Positions 28,815-37,620 of a stretch of DNA of 64,000 nucleotides are shown here, piece by piece. The DNA is taken from the IMG/VR virus record IMGVR_UViG_3300017728_002360. One strand, 5' to 3'. Numbering within the stretch: position 1 is the stretch's first letter; every line of letters starts with the position of its first letter. This DNA is from a virus. The position numbers and the translations under genes were made by a program. Under the pieces are notes generated by a model that ran no database searches, was not told the DNA's origin, and saw nothing but the letters and a program-made list of their open reading frames with translations.

Positions 28815-28976
28815 ATGAAAAAGAAAACTAAAATAGTTGCTGAGAAGAAAAAGAAAGACATACCTTTTGAACCAAAGCCTTACTATTACACCCAGAGAGA
28901 CTGGGACAGAGCAGTAGGATACGGAAAAGTGCCAAAAGAGTACCAATACCCAGGCCTGGACTATTCGGATAAATAA
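28815..28976 (+). CDS. 53-aa basic protein (absent from ORF track)
   Basis: MKKKTKIVAEKKKKDIPFEPKPYYYTQRDWDRAVGYG...; GATAAGTA 5 nt upstream. Confidence 0.55.
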   Translation: MKKKTKIVAEKKKKDIPFEPKPYYYTQRDWDRAVGYGKVPKEYQYPGLDYSDK

Positions 28977-28980
28977 TATT

Positions 28981-29319
28981 ATGTCCAGTTCAGAAACAAT
29001 AATGTCAAATAAAGTACACGCAGGAGACTCTACTTCAGCTATCATTAAGGGTGAAAACTTTAAAGGTGATGGTTACTATGGTAGAGCAGATGGCTTTCAT
29101 ACAGTACAATACAACGTATCAGGTTTTAACGGTAGTATAAAGATGCAAGGAACACTTGCAACTAATCCAACTGATGCTGACTTTTTTGACATACCAGATA
29201 CTGAGACAACCGGCACAGAGGGTTCATATTTTTACAACTTTACAGGTAACTTTGTATGGGTGAGAGCATACGTTACACATACATCTGGTACTGTACAGAG
29301 TATTTTATTAAACCACTAG
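28981..29319 (+). CDS. Hypothetical beta-rich protein, possibly structural
   Basis: Late promoter 5 nt upstream. Confidence 0.6.
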   Translation: MSSSETIMSNKVHAGDSTSAIIKGENFKGDGYYGRADGFHTVQYNVSGFNGSIKMQGTLATNPTDADFFDIPDTETTGTEGSYFYNFTGNFVWVRAYVTHTSGTVQSILLNH

Positions 29320-29328
29320 GAACATATC

Positions 29329-29601
29329 ATGAAGAACTTTATTAATATTGTATGGGATAACAAGGCGTTAAGCGAAGTAGATGAGTATTTGGTAGATACT
29401 GTACTAGAATGTGCTGATGAAGGCTTGTTAGAAGACGAAACTAACTACGAAACATACGATACTGCTGAAGGTGGAACTGTATTAGCTGTAGAGCTACATA
29501 AACAGCTAAATGACGACGAATCCACTGTTATAGCAGAGCGATTAGCTAATAAATTGTTCGATCTAGGCCACAATAACTTCGATATCGAAATTTCCGTCTA
29601 G
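29329..29601 (+). CDS. Acidic hypothetical protein
   Basis: 90 aa, SD AGGA. Confidence 0.6.
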   Translation: MKNFINIVWDNKALSEVDEYLVDTVLECADEGLLEDETNYETYDTAEGGTVLAVELHKQLNDDESTVIAERLANKLFDLGHNNFDIEISV

Positions 29602-29641
29602 CTTTAAACTATGATAAATACTCTTAGTACAGGAGTTATCT

Positions 29642-30016
29642 ATGTCTAAAACATTTACAGATTATTTAAAAGAAGCTGAAGAGCAGAACCGTTGGGTTGA
29701 GGAAACTTATGAAGGTGATGACTTCTATATCGCATACGGTGATATGTGGTTCAACGAAGACGAGCTTGTAGACGAAGCAGAATATCAAGGACGCAAAGTA
29801 AAACTTGGCAAGCCTATGCAAGGCGATGTTAAGAAGTTTAAAGTATACGTCAAGGATCCAAAGACTAAAAACGTTAAAAAAGTAAACTTTGGTGATCCTA
29901 ATATGAGAATTAAAAAATCAAACCCTGGAAGACGCAAGAGCTTTAGAGCAAGACACAACTGCGATAATCCAGGACCAAGAACAAAAGCAAGATATTGGAG
30001 TTGCCGCAAATGGTAA
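29642..30016 (+). CDS. Putative internal head protein: acidic N-half, basic Cys-containing C-module
   Basis: MSKTFTDYLKE start; SFRARHNCD...ARYWSCRKW module. Confidence 0.6.
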   Translation: MSKTFTDYLKEAEEQNRWVEETYEGDDFYIAYGDMWFNEDELVDEAEYQGRKVKLGKPMQGDVKKFKVYVKDPKTKNVKKVNFGDPNMRIKKSNPGRRKSFRARHNCDNPGPRTKARYWSCRKW

Positions 30017-30348
30017 AACTTGTTGAATTCACAGACGATCAAAACGAAACAGACTTAGGGTTTAGTGTTGTTGAAGACTTATGTCAACACATGAAAAACG
30101 ATCCTATGTTTTATCGCAAACAATATTATCCAATGATGGCATACATACAGGATAAGTTGAAGAAGGGCGAAGTTGTTGATCAAAGAGAAACCTTAGCACC
30201 AATGATAGAAAAGGGCTGTAAGCATTACTGCTCTAAATACGATATTCCTAAAAGTCCAGAAGAACTCTTAACTAAAGAAGACTATACTGCAATAGTTGAA
30301 AAGTTATATGGAGAAGAAATGGAGTTGATTAGAGATGGAGAGTACTAA
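30010..30348 (+). CDS. Hypothetical protein
   Basis: MVKLVEF start overlapping upstream stop. Confidence 0.55.
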   Translation: MVKLVEFTDDQNETDLGFSVVEDLCQHMKNDPMFYRKQYYPMMAYIQDKLKKGEVVDQRETLAPMIEKGCKHYCSKYDIPKSPEELLTKEDYTAIVEKLYGEEMELIRDGEY

Positions 30349-31388
30349 TGTTTCTAAGGGAACTATTCGAGGCTCCTAAAACTGCCGTATTTGCCTTTGG
30401 GCGAATGAATCCTCCTACAATAGGACACGCAAAGTTAGTTGATGTTATTAAGCAACAAGAAGGTAAACCTTTTCTTTTCTTAACACATACACAAAAGCCT
30501 AAGACAGATCCTTTATCATTTGCAGAGAAAGTTTTCTTTGCACAAAAAAGTTTTCAAGGCGTTACAATAGGTGACGGTGCAGTAAAAACAATTATCCAAG
30601 CTATGCAAAAACTTGAGAAGGACGGTTATACAGATATCGTTTATGTAGCAGGATCAGATAGAGTTGCATCATTTGAAAAACTATTAAATGACTACAACGG
30701 AAAAGATTATAATTTTAATTCAATCAATATAGTAAGTGCAGGCGAACGTGATCCAGATGCCGAAGGTGCAGAAGGTATGAGTGCAAGTAAAATGAAAGCC
30801 GCGGCCGCTGACAACGACTTTGAAACTTTCAAACAAGGTGTTGCTGGAGATGAGAAACTAGCACAGATGATGTTTACTAAAGTTAAGGCTGGTATGGGTG
30901 TACAAGAAAACCTAGACGAGCTAGTAGTAAAACAACAAAAGCCTAAACTAGATGTAATTAATAATATTGCATCACGTTCAGACACCAAACCTTTTCCATT
31001 AAGTTGGAATGCAAATGACAATGAAATAACAGTAGGTGGCAAACTTTATATTACACCTAAAGAAGCAGATAGATTTATGCGTTTTTATGACGAAAGAGCT
31101 AAAGACGAACAAGAGCTTATGCAAAAGGCTTTAAGAAGTGCAAAGACAACAGTAACATTATTTAAAAACTTAGGCTTTAAGGGTAACTTTGTTGCTGATA
31201 GAAAAACAAATGAAAACTTTGCAGACGGTAAAAAAAAAGGTAAATCCAGACCAGGACGAGTAAAGAAGTCAGGTGCAAGTTGTAATGGTTCGGTAACAGA
31301 TTTAAGGGCGAAAGCCAAAAAAGCATCAGGTGAAAAAGCAAAGATGTATCACTGGTGTGCTAACATGAAGTCAGGGAGAAAGAAGTGA
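30348..31388 (+). CDS. HIGH-superfamily nucleotidyltransferase with extra C-terminal modules
   Basis: FGRMNPPTIGH, VAGSDR, MSASKM; MFLRELFE start. Confidence 0.75.
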   Translation: MFLRELFEAPKTAVFAFGRMNPPTIGHAKLVDVIKQQEGKPFLFLTHTQKPKTDPLSFAEKVFFAQKSFQGVTIGDGAVKTIIQAMQKLEKDGYTDIVYVAGSDRVASFEKLLNDYNGKDYNFNSINIVSAGERDPDAEGAEGMSASKMKAAAADNDFETFKQGVAGDEKLAQMMFTKVKAGMGVQENLDELVVKQQKPKLDVINNIASRSDTKPFPLSWNANDNEITVGGKLYITPKEADRFMRFYDERAKDEQELMQKALRSAKTTVTLFKNLGFKGNFVADRKTNENFADGKKKGKSRPGRVKKSGASCNGSVTDLRAKAKKASGEKAKMYHWCANMKSGRKK

Positions 31389-31481
31389 CGTTTAAGGATA
31401 TGTCTTTAGATGAAAAGATTGACAACTTAAAAATGCGTATAACAGGTTTTAAAAACAAACACAAAGAAACACTTTATAAAG

Positions 31482-31706
31482 ATGATGGACGATATAAAAA
31501 CACTACAGAGACTAGCAGGGATAGGGCAGTTCGAAGGCTACACGGAATACAAGGTTGACGAGAACCCTAGCATAACTGCTACCGCTATACGTAAAAAAGA
31601 AAAGAAGATGGGTGTAAAGCCTGGTGACAAAGATTGGTTTAAACTTTGGTTCAGTAAGCCTTACATGACAGGTACTCCTGCTTTTAGAGGTAGAAAGAAG
31701 AAGTAA
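31482..31706 (+). CDS. Small basic protein
   Basis: LQRLAGI...VKPGDKDWFKLWF. Confidence 0.55.
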   Translation: MMDDIKTLQRLAGIGQFEGYTEYKVDENPSITATAIRKKEKKMGVKPGDKDWFKLWFSKPYMTGTPAFRGRKKK

Positions 31707-33277
31707 TGAAGCTACGTCAACTATATGAAAATGGTGGATTAATTGTACCAGGTGTTAATACTACAGCAGACGTAGGTCCCGACGAAATCAAAAAACAAGC
31801 GGCCAAACTAGGATTAAAGGTTGACAAAAAAGGAATTCCAGCTTATAATATGCACAAGAAGGCTCATAAAAATAGTGATCCAAATACATTATTCAATTTA
31901 GGATTAGCTGAGTCAAAGGAAGAGATATGGAACGAATGGAAAATTATGCCACAAACTATTAAGCCAATGGGTTTAGTACACAAGGCAGGAAAAGGACCTA
32001 ACAATAGGTTTGGTTATAAGAACAAAGGCAATAACAAAGCCAACGAAGCTAGTGAACAAGAGATATCAAGTGCTAGTGAAATATACGTTGACATGGACGG
32101 TGTCCTTGTAGACTTCTTTGATGCCTGGACAAAACTATTAGGTGTAAACGATTGGAAAGAAATAAAAGATGTTCCAGCCGCATTACAAAAGATTAGAGAT
32201 ACAAAAGACTTTTGGATAGATTTAAAACCTACTTCAAACTCACAAAACTTATTAAACATCATTAAAGATCTAAAAGGAGAGTACACAATATTAAGTGCTC
32301 CTATGTCTGATGATGAAAGAGTAGAACCTAGTAAACGTGAATGGGTAAAGAAACATTTAACACAGTTTCCTCCCAAAGAAGTTATTATTAGTGCAAACAA
32401 AAGTCAATACGCAACACAATCAGACGGAACTCCTAACATACTAATTGACGACTTTGGTCAAAACGTTAGTAAGTGGGAAGCTTCAGGTGGTGTAGGATTT
32501 AAACACAAAGATCATAAGTTCGAAAGAACTGCAAATAATTTAAAACAGTATTTTGAAAAACCTGTTGAGGAAAGAGAATTGAGTAAGGGCGAAGAAAAAG
32601 ATAAAGAACGTTTCGTAAAAGGCATGAAGAAGAATTCAAAGGACTTTAAGAAACGTTATGGTAAAGATGCTGATGCGGTTATGTATGCAACAGCAACAAA
32701 GATGGCTAAAGAAGGCGATCTTATTCCTTTACCAAAGAACAGCTTTTCAATAGATTCAGATGCTACAGATTACGACTTTATGAAACTAGGACGTAACATG
32801 GCCAACATAGCAACAACAAATAAAGATGATGCTAACATGGGTGATCAAGATATTATGTTAAACTTCTTTGGTGGAGATGTAGAAGCTAAACACATGATCA
32901 AGAACCTAAAACGTTTAGGTTACAAAGTTGGTGATGTAGCTGGCTATCAAGATCATAACTTTGATCCTGAGCCTACAGATGGAGAAGCACCACCACAGGT
33001 TAAAAGCAAAGATGTACCACAGTTTATATCACACAAGGGCAAGGTGCCATTAGACAAGCTAAAGCCCGTACAACGTGACCGTAGCTGGGCTAAACTAGGT
33101 AAAGCATTACAACGTACAGGCGATAGGAAATACTCTCCTATACTAGTTGATAGAGATGGTTATATTGTAAATGGACATCATAGATACGATTCACTACGTT
33201 TACGTGGGCAAAAAGAAGCTAGAATACACATGATCAATGGAAGTTTAAAAGAGATCATGCAACTAATGAAAAGATAA
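31706..33277 (+). CDS. Multi-module protein: HAD 5'(3')-deoxyribonucleotidase-like and ParB/sulfiredoxin-like domains
   Basis: IYVDMDGVL...LIDD; PILVDRDGYIVNGHHR; MKLRQLYE start. Confidence 0.7.
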   Translation: MKLRQLYENGGLIVPGVNTTADVGPDEIKKQAAKLGLKVDKKGIPAYNMHKKAHKNSDPNTLFNLGLAESKEEIWNEWKIMPQTIKPMGLVHKAGKGPNNRFGYKNKGNNKANEASEQEISSASEIYVDMDGVLVDFFDAWTKLLGVNDWKEIKDVPAALQKIRDTKDFWIDLKPTSNSQNLLNIIKDLKGEYTILSAPMSDDERVEPSKREWVKKHLTQFPPKEVIISANKSQYATQSDGTPNILIDDFGQNVSKWEASGGVGFKHKDHKFERTANNLKQYFEKPVEERELSKGEEKDKERFVKGMKKNSKDFKKRYGKDADAVMYATATKMAKEGDLIPLPKNSFSIDSDATDYDFMKLGRNMANIATTNKDDANMGDQDIMLNFFGGDVEAKHMIKNLKRLGYKVGDVAGYQDHNFDPEPTDGEAPPQVKSKDVPQFISHKGKVPLDKLKPVQRDRSWAKLGKALQRTGDRKYSPILVDRDGYIVNGHHRYDSLRLRGQKEARIHMINGSLKEIMQLMKR

Positions 33278-33285
33278 ATATTACT

Positions 33286-34524
33286 ATGCGTTTAAGAGAA
33301 GTTAAAAAACCTAAAGCTAACAAGCCAAGAGATCCTAATGCAAAGGCTATGCAAGACCTACGTAAAAGTGGGGCCGCAGGAAGCCATGGTGACAAAACTA
33401 AAGATATTCCACGCAACGATAAGCACAAAGGAAAAGCATACGATGTAAACGAGGCTCCTGGAACACCTCCTGCTCAAGGACAACAACCAGCACAACCGGA
33501 TCCAAAAGCACAACAAAAAGTTGCACAAAGAGCCACAGCACTAAAAGGTGTTGCTGGTGGAAATGCAAGTGGTTCAATGGTAGCTAAAGGATTAGATAAA
33601 GTAGCACAGGGCGGTACATTACCACCTAACATAGTTAAAGCTATTGCTCCTTACGCCACAGCTATACAGAACATGATGCAAGACCCACAGTTGTTTGGTA
33701 AGTTTAAATTGCTTATGAAACAAGCACAACCGGCTCCAGCAGAAGCAATGGAAACTGCTACAGCAGGTTCAACTAGTGCCGGTAACATAGCAACAGTGGC
33801 TAATCCACACATAGCAAACAGTAAGAAGAAGCCTAAGACACAGAAACCAGGAGATAACGCACTAGATAACAAGAGTCACGGATTATTTGGTCAACCCTTA
33901 AAAAGGCTAAATAATAGTAAGGAACTTAACATGAACAGTAAAGACTTAATTAAAGAAAATTTAGCCGACGAGGCTTCTAAAGTAGAGCAAGATCATGAAG
34001 TACAAATGGCGAGAGCACAACTGTACAAGATTGCAAAGTACTCTATTAAGTTACATGAAATGCTTAAGAACGTTTCAGAACAAGAAGGCTTAGAAGGTTG
34101 GGTACAATCTAAGATTACTAAAGCATCAGACTACATTGGTGCAGTATATCATAACATGGACTACGAACAAAAGTTCGAAGAAGTTAGTGAAAGCCTTACA
34201 GAAAAAGAAGGTTATTGTTCAGATAAATGCTGTGGTGCAGATGTAAAAGAAGCAGACTGTACGTGCAAGGCAAGTTGTAGTCATTGTGATTGCAACGAAA
34301 GTGTAAAAGAAACAGTAACAAAAGAAGTAAGTTACAAAGAGTCTTTAGCAGGTAAATTAGCAGAAGCTATTTCAAAATGTCCAGATTGCGGCAACCCAAG
34401 TTACACAACACTTGATGAAGAAAAACAAAAAGGTGTTGATGGCAAGGTATGCTGGAAGGGTTACAAACGTATGGGCACAAAGAAAAAGGGCGGTAAGACT
34501 GTTGATAACTGCGTAAAGATGTAA
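33286..34524 (+). CDS. Multi-module basic/Cys-rich protein with probable internal start at 33931
   Basis: MRLREV start; CWKGYK...DNCV module; internal CTAAATA + AAGGA + ATG. Confidence 0.6.
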   Translation: MRLREVKKPKANKPRDPNAKAMQDLRKSGAAGSHGDKTKDIPRNDKHKGKAYDVNEAPGTPPAQGQQPAQPDPKAQQKVAQRATALKGVAGGNASGSMVAKGLDKVAQGGTLPPNIVKAIAPYATAIQNMMQDPQLFGKFKLLMKQAQPAPAEAMETATAGSTSAGNIATVANPHIANSKKKPKTQKPGDNALDNKSHGLFGQPLKRLNNSKELNMNSKDLIKENLADEASKVEQDHEVQMARAQLYKIAKYSIKLHEMLKNVSEQEGLEGWVQSKITKASDYIGAVYHNMDYEQKFEEVSESLTEKEGYCSDKCCGADVKEADCTCKASCSHCDCNESVKETVTKEVSYKESLAGKLAEAISKCPDCGNPSYTTLDEEKQKGVDGKVCWKGYKRMGTKKKGGKTVDNCVKM

Positions 34525-35024
34525 TGAAAATAAAACACCTCACAAACGAAACATTCAAATTCAACGAAAATCCATTAGGAACTGCCTTTAAAAAAGCTAA
34601 GGCAGGTGCAGAATACTTTACTGGTGACGATGGTGCAATATCTAACTTTGCCAAGAAGGCAAGTAAAAAGTATGGTGGTGCTCATGGTAACAAAGAGCCT
34701 ATCAAACCAGGCTTTGGATCAGCATTACGTAAAGGACTAGGACTTGGACCAGACGACGGCAAGGGTAGTAAAACTGCAAAAGCACCTAAAACAAATACAA
34801 AAGCATCGGCTCCAAGTGTAGAGCCTAAGGTTGTTGCAAAAGGAGATCCTGTCAGAGACGTAGGTGATCTTCCAAGCGGTAGTGCATACCAAGATGGAAA
34901 GTCTACTTGGACATATACAGGTACTGAGTGGACAGATGGAAAGAACAAGCTAGACGCAAATACTGGCTGGAGAAAATTCCAAAAGGCCATTCAAAAAGGC
35001 CAGGCTTTCGTAGCTAAAAAATAA
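34524..35024 (+). CDS. Lys/Gly-rich basic protein
   Basis: MKIKHLTNE start. Confidence 0.55.
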   Translation: MKIKHLTNETFKFNENPLGTAFKKAKAGAEYFTGDDGAISNFAKKASKKYGGAHGNKEPIKPGFGSALRKGLGLGPDDGKGSKTAKAPKTNTKASAPSVEPKVVAKGDPVRDVGDLPSGSAYQDGKSTWTYTGTEWTDGKNKLDANTGWRKFQKAIQKGQAFVAKK

Positions 35025-35065
35025 ACTTCCGATAAATACTTTAAATTAACACAACGAGGAGTTCT

Positions 35066-35728
35066 ATGGCTTTCTTGGTCCATAACATACCACCCGTCGA
35101 AGTATTCGTTAAAAAGGAATACTTATATGATCTGCAAAAGGGTCACGGAGAGTTTACTCCTGGTATATGGATTTCAATCAGAAGTATAATGGGCAAGGCG
35201 TTGTATGTGGAAACACTACTAACAGAGTATGGTGCTCTATATGATAAACTTCCTTTATCAGCATTTGTCTGGAAAACAGACATTAATCCAGAAGACCAAT
35301 TACCACTAGATACATTACAGATATGGGATTGCTTTGATTATGATATTACAGTAATCAAAAAACCTATGTTAGCAGATTGTGAGTTCTTTGGTAAGGATAA
35401 GAATATGCACAAGGGCGAATATATGTTTACACTTGATACGTGTCATTCACAACATTCAACTCTTAATGTTAATTTTTCAGAACACGATCCAGAACACAAA
35501 TCATTTAATTTTATTAAAATGAACAATGGTCAGTTTGCCGCACAACCAAACAATAGAACAATATTCACAGACCAAAGTCTTGTTGTTGGCGATCGTAAAA
35601 TACCAGACTTCAAAGTATGTACACAAAATTACACAGTAGAAAATAATCCAAAGTGGTCCGTCGGACATACTGACGAGTGGCAATATAAATCAAAGGACGA
35701 GGAAGAGATTGGATCCAGTAACACGTAA
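35066..35728 (+). CDS. Hypothetical protein
   Basis: Late promoter 35031-35038, SD GAGGAG, 220 aa. Confidence 0.7.
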   Translation: MAFLVHNIPPVEVFVKKEYLYDLQKGHGEFTPGIWISIRSIMGKALYVETLLTEYGALYDKLPLSAFVWKTDINPEDQLPLDTLQIWDCFDYDITVIKKPMLADCEFFGKDKNMHKGEYMFTLDTCHSQHSTLNVNFSEHDPEHKSFNFIKMNNGQFAAQPNNRTIFTDQSLVVGDRKIPDFKVCTQNYTVENNPKWSVGHTDEWQYKSKDEEEIGSSNT

Positions 35729-35906
35729 AGATGCTTACCGAGTTTTTTGGATAGTAAAAGGTCATTTTAATACAACGGAAGAATGTATCTTAAGTTGTTA
35801 CGATAGTTATTTCAAACGAGTTTGGTATAACGAAGAATCATATATATACCTAGAAGGTTTTGAAGAGGCATACAAAGCCACCTTAAATACTACCAAAATA
35901 AAATAA
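35709..35906 (+). CDS. Hypothetical protein
   Basis: 65 aa, TTG start. Confidence 0.45.
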   Translation: MDPVTRKDAYRVFWIVKGHFNTTEECILSCYDSYFKRVWYNEESYIYLEGFEEAYKATLNTTKIK

Positions 35907-35920
35907 GATTAAATAGATGT

Positions 35921-36466
35921 ATGTTGACACCCAACGTACAGAATTTACAATTTAATGAACCGGCAGATGTTTTCACAATGATTTATTCAGAGGCTGAAAG
36001 CATCAAACCAATTCTTACGGAAAAGATCAAAGCACAAGGAGATCAGCAATATAGAAAAACTAATGTCCAGGCAGACATGACTAAATGGACAATGTTTCAA
36101 GATGCTGATTTTAAAAAAATTATTGACTTTGCTATTGATGTTATCAAGGGTGGATTAGTAAGTATTCCTAATGGAGAGTTCTATGCAACTGACTGTTGGG
36201 GTGCTTGTTATAAGAAAGGTGATAGCTGTCGACCACACGCACATCACCCGGCCATTTGGAGTTTCGTTTACTACGTAGACGCTGAACCAGATGATTCACC
36301 ACTAGTGTTTCCAACTAGTCAGAATGCAATATATCCAAATTCAGGATTAATGATTGTATTTCCAGGTTGGGTAACGCATAGTGTTCCGCCACAAGAAAAA
36401 GATAAAGAAAGAATTGTCATTGCCGGCAATATTTCAGTTGACAGACCACAGGCAATTAGTGTATAA
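35921..36466 (+). CDS. 2OG-Fe(II) oxygenase-like protein (HxH type)
   Basis: PHAH, WSFVYYV, FPGWVTHSV, RIVIAGN. Confidence 0.75.
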   Translation: MLTPNVQNLQFNEPADVFTMIYSEAESIKPILTEKIKAQGDQQYRKTNVQADMTKWTMFQDADFKKIIDFAIDVIKGGLVSIPNGEFYATDCWGACYKKGDSCRPHAHHPAIWSFVYYVDAEPDDSPLVFPTSQNAIYPNSGLMIVFPGWVTHSVPPQEKDKERIVIAGNISVDRPQAISV

Positions 36467-36467
36467 T
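36438..36467 (+). promoter_or_regulatory. Sigma70-type promoter for polymerase region
   Basis: TTGACA-18nt-TATAAT. Confidence 0.7.
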
Positions 36468-36491
36468 ATACAATTAAATTAGGAGAATATA

Positions 36492-36752
36492 ATGAGTGAT
36501 AGAGTATATGGACAGGACGAAAAGCAAAAGCTAGAACGTCTTGTAAATGAAGGTGCTCAAGTAATGCAAGAAGTTGAAGATCTTAATGCAGGACTTAAAG
36601 ATACTGTAAAAGCAGTAGCAGAAGAACTTGACATCAAGCCTTCATTAATTAACAAAGCAATCAAAGTAGCACACAAAGGTGATTGGTCACAAGTTGCAGA
36701 TGCATTTGACGATCTAGAAACTTTGGTAGTTACAGTAGGCAAAGACAAGTAG
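36492..36752 (+). CDS. Small helical dsDNA-binding-like protein (T4 DsbA-like)
   Basis: 86 aa, LKDTVKAVAEELDIKPSLINK pattern. Confidence 0.45.
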   Translation: MSDRVYGQDEKQKLERLVNEGAQVMQEVEDLNAGLKDTVKAVAEELDIKPSLINKAIKVAHKGDWSQVADAFDDLETLVVTVGKDK

Positions 36753-37024
36753 TGGGTATTAGGGGCTTTTTTAAACAGAGTTACGATACTCACCCAACAG
36801 CATTTTATCTAGAAATGGTAAGTGCTATTACAGTTATTATAGGTAGCGGTATTCTTACCTATACGGTTCTTGCACCAAGACCAGATATATTCATTCCATT
36901 TTATTGGATAGGAAGTATAGCAGGATTCTTTGGAGCATACTATAGAAGTTCAGCATGGGTTATGATCTTAACCGCATGGTTTACTACTATGAATACCATA
37001 GCACTTTGGAGAATGTTTATATGA
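36752..37024 (+). CDS. Small 3-TM membrane protein
   Basis: 90 aa, three hydrophobic helices. Confidence 0.6.
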   Translation: MGIRGFFKQSYDTHPTAFYLEMVSAITVIIGSGILTYTVLAPRPDIFIPFYWIGSIAGFFGAYYRSSAWVMILTAWFTTMNTIALWRMFI

Positions 37025-37332
37025 TCTTTATGGTTGACATCGACGGAACTTTATGTTATACTGAAGGTAGTAATTATGAGGAAAGTCGACCAATTCAAGA
37101 ACGTATTGATCACTTTAATAAATTGTATGACGAAGGTAACGAGATACATTATTGGACAGCCAGAGGTGCTAGATCAGGCAAAGATTGGACAGACTTTACA
37201 AAACAACAATTATTCAGTTGGGGTGTTAAAGCTACCAGCATTAAAACAGGCAAACCACATTACGATAAATGGATAGACGACAAGGCAATAAATGACAAAG
37301 AATACTTTAGAAACAAAAGATATACAGGCTAA
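37021..37332 (+). CDS. Capless HAD-family phosphatase
   Basis: VDIDGTL, WTAR, GKP, WIDDK. Confidence 0.8.
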   Translation: MIFMVDIDGTLCYTEGSNYEESRPIQERIDHFNKLYDEGNEIHYWTARGARSGKDWTDFTKQQLFSWGVKATSIKTGKPHYDKWIDDKAINDKEYFRNKRYTG

Positions 37333-37552
37333 ACCATATCAGCCGTTGGCATGGTTTTTTACTGCAACCTTAATAGGGGCCGCAACATTGGCCGCGTTTA
37401 ATATGTACCCTTGGTATAGTTATGCGTTTACATTTTCAAATTTAGGTTGGGTAGCAATAGGCATACTATGGAAAGAAAAGTCCTTGATTGTTTTAAATGC
37501 AGGACTTACAATAATATATATAATCGGTCTAATCAGTGATTGGATCAACTAG
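37292..37552 (+). CDS. Small 3-TM membrane protein
   Basis: 86 aa, three hydrophobic helices. Confidence 0.6.
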   Translation: MTKNTLETKDIQAKPYQPLAWFFTATLIGAATLAAFNMYPWYSYAFTFSNLGWVAIGILWKEKSLIVLNAGLTIIYIIGLISDWIN

Positions 37553-37560
37553 AAGGTATA

Positions 37561-37608
37561 GTCGGCCACAAGCGACAGTTTGGTATTTGTCAGCCTTAAA
37601 TGACATAC
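37561..37608 (+). promoter_or_regulatory. Twin hairpins before polymerase SD (candidate translational operator)
   Basis: GTCG-GCCACAAG-CGAC and TGTCA-GCCTTAAA-TGACA, then AGGAG. Confidence 0.5.
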
Positions 37609-37620
37609 AAAGGAGAATAA

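Noticed and set aside
31385-31558. Small GTG-start ORF after the nucleotidyltransferase
   Set aside because: No motif and long overlap with 31482..31706; cannot be supported
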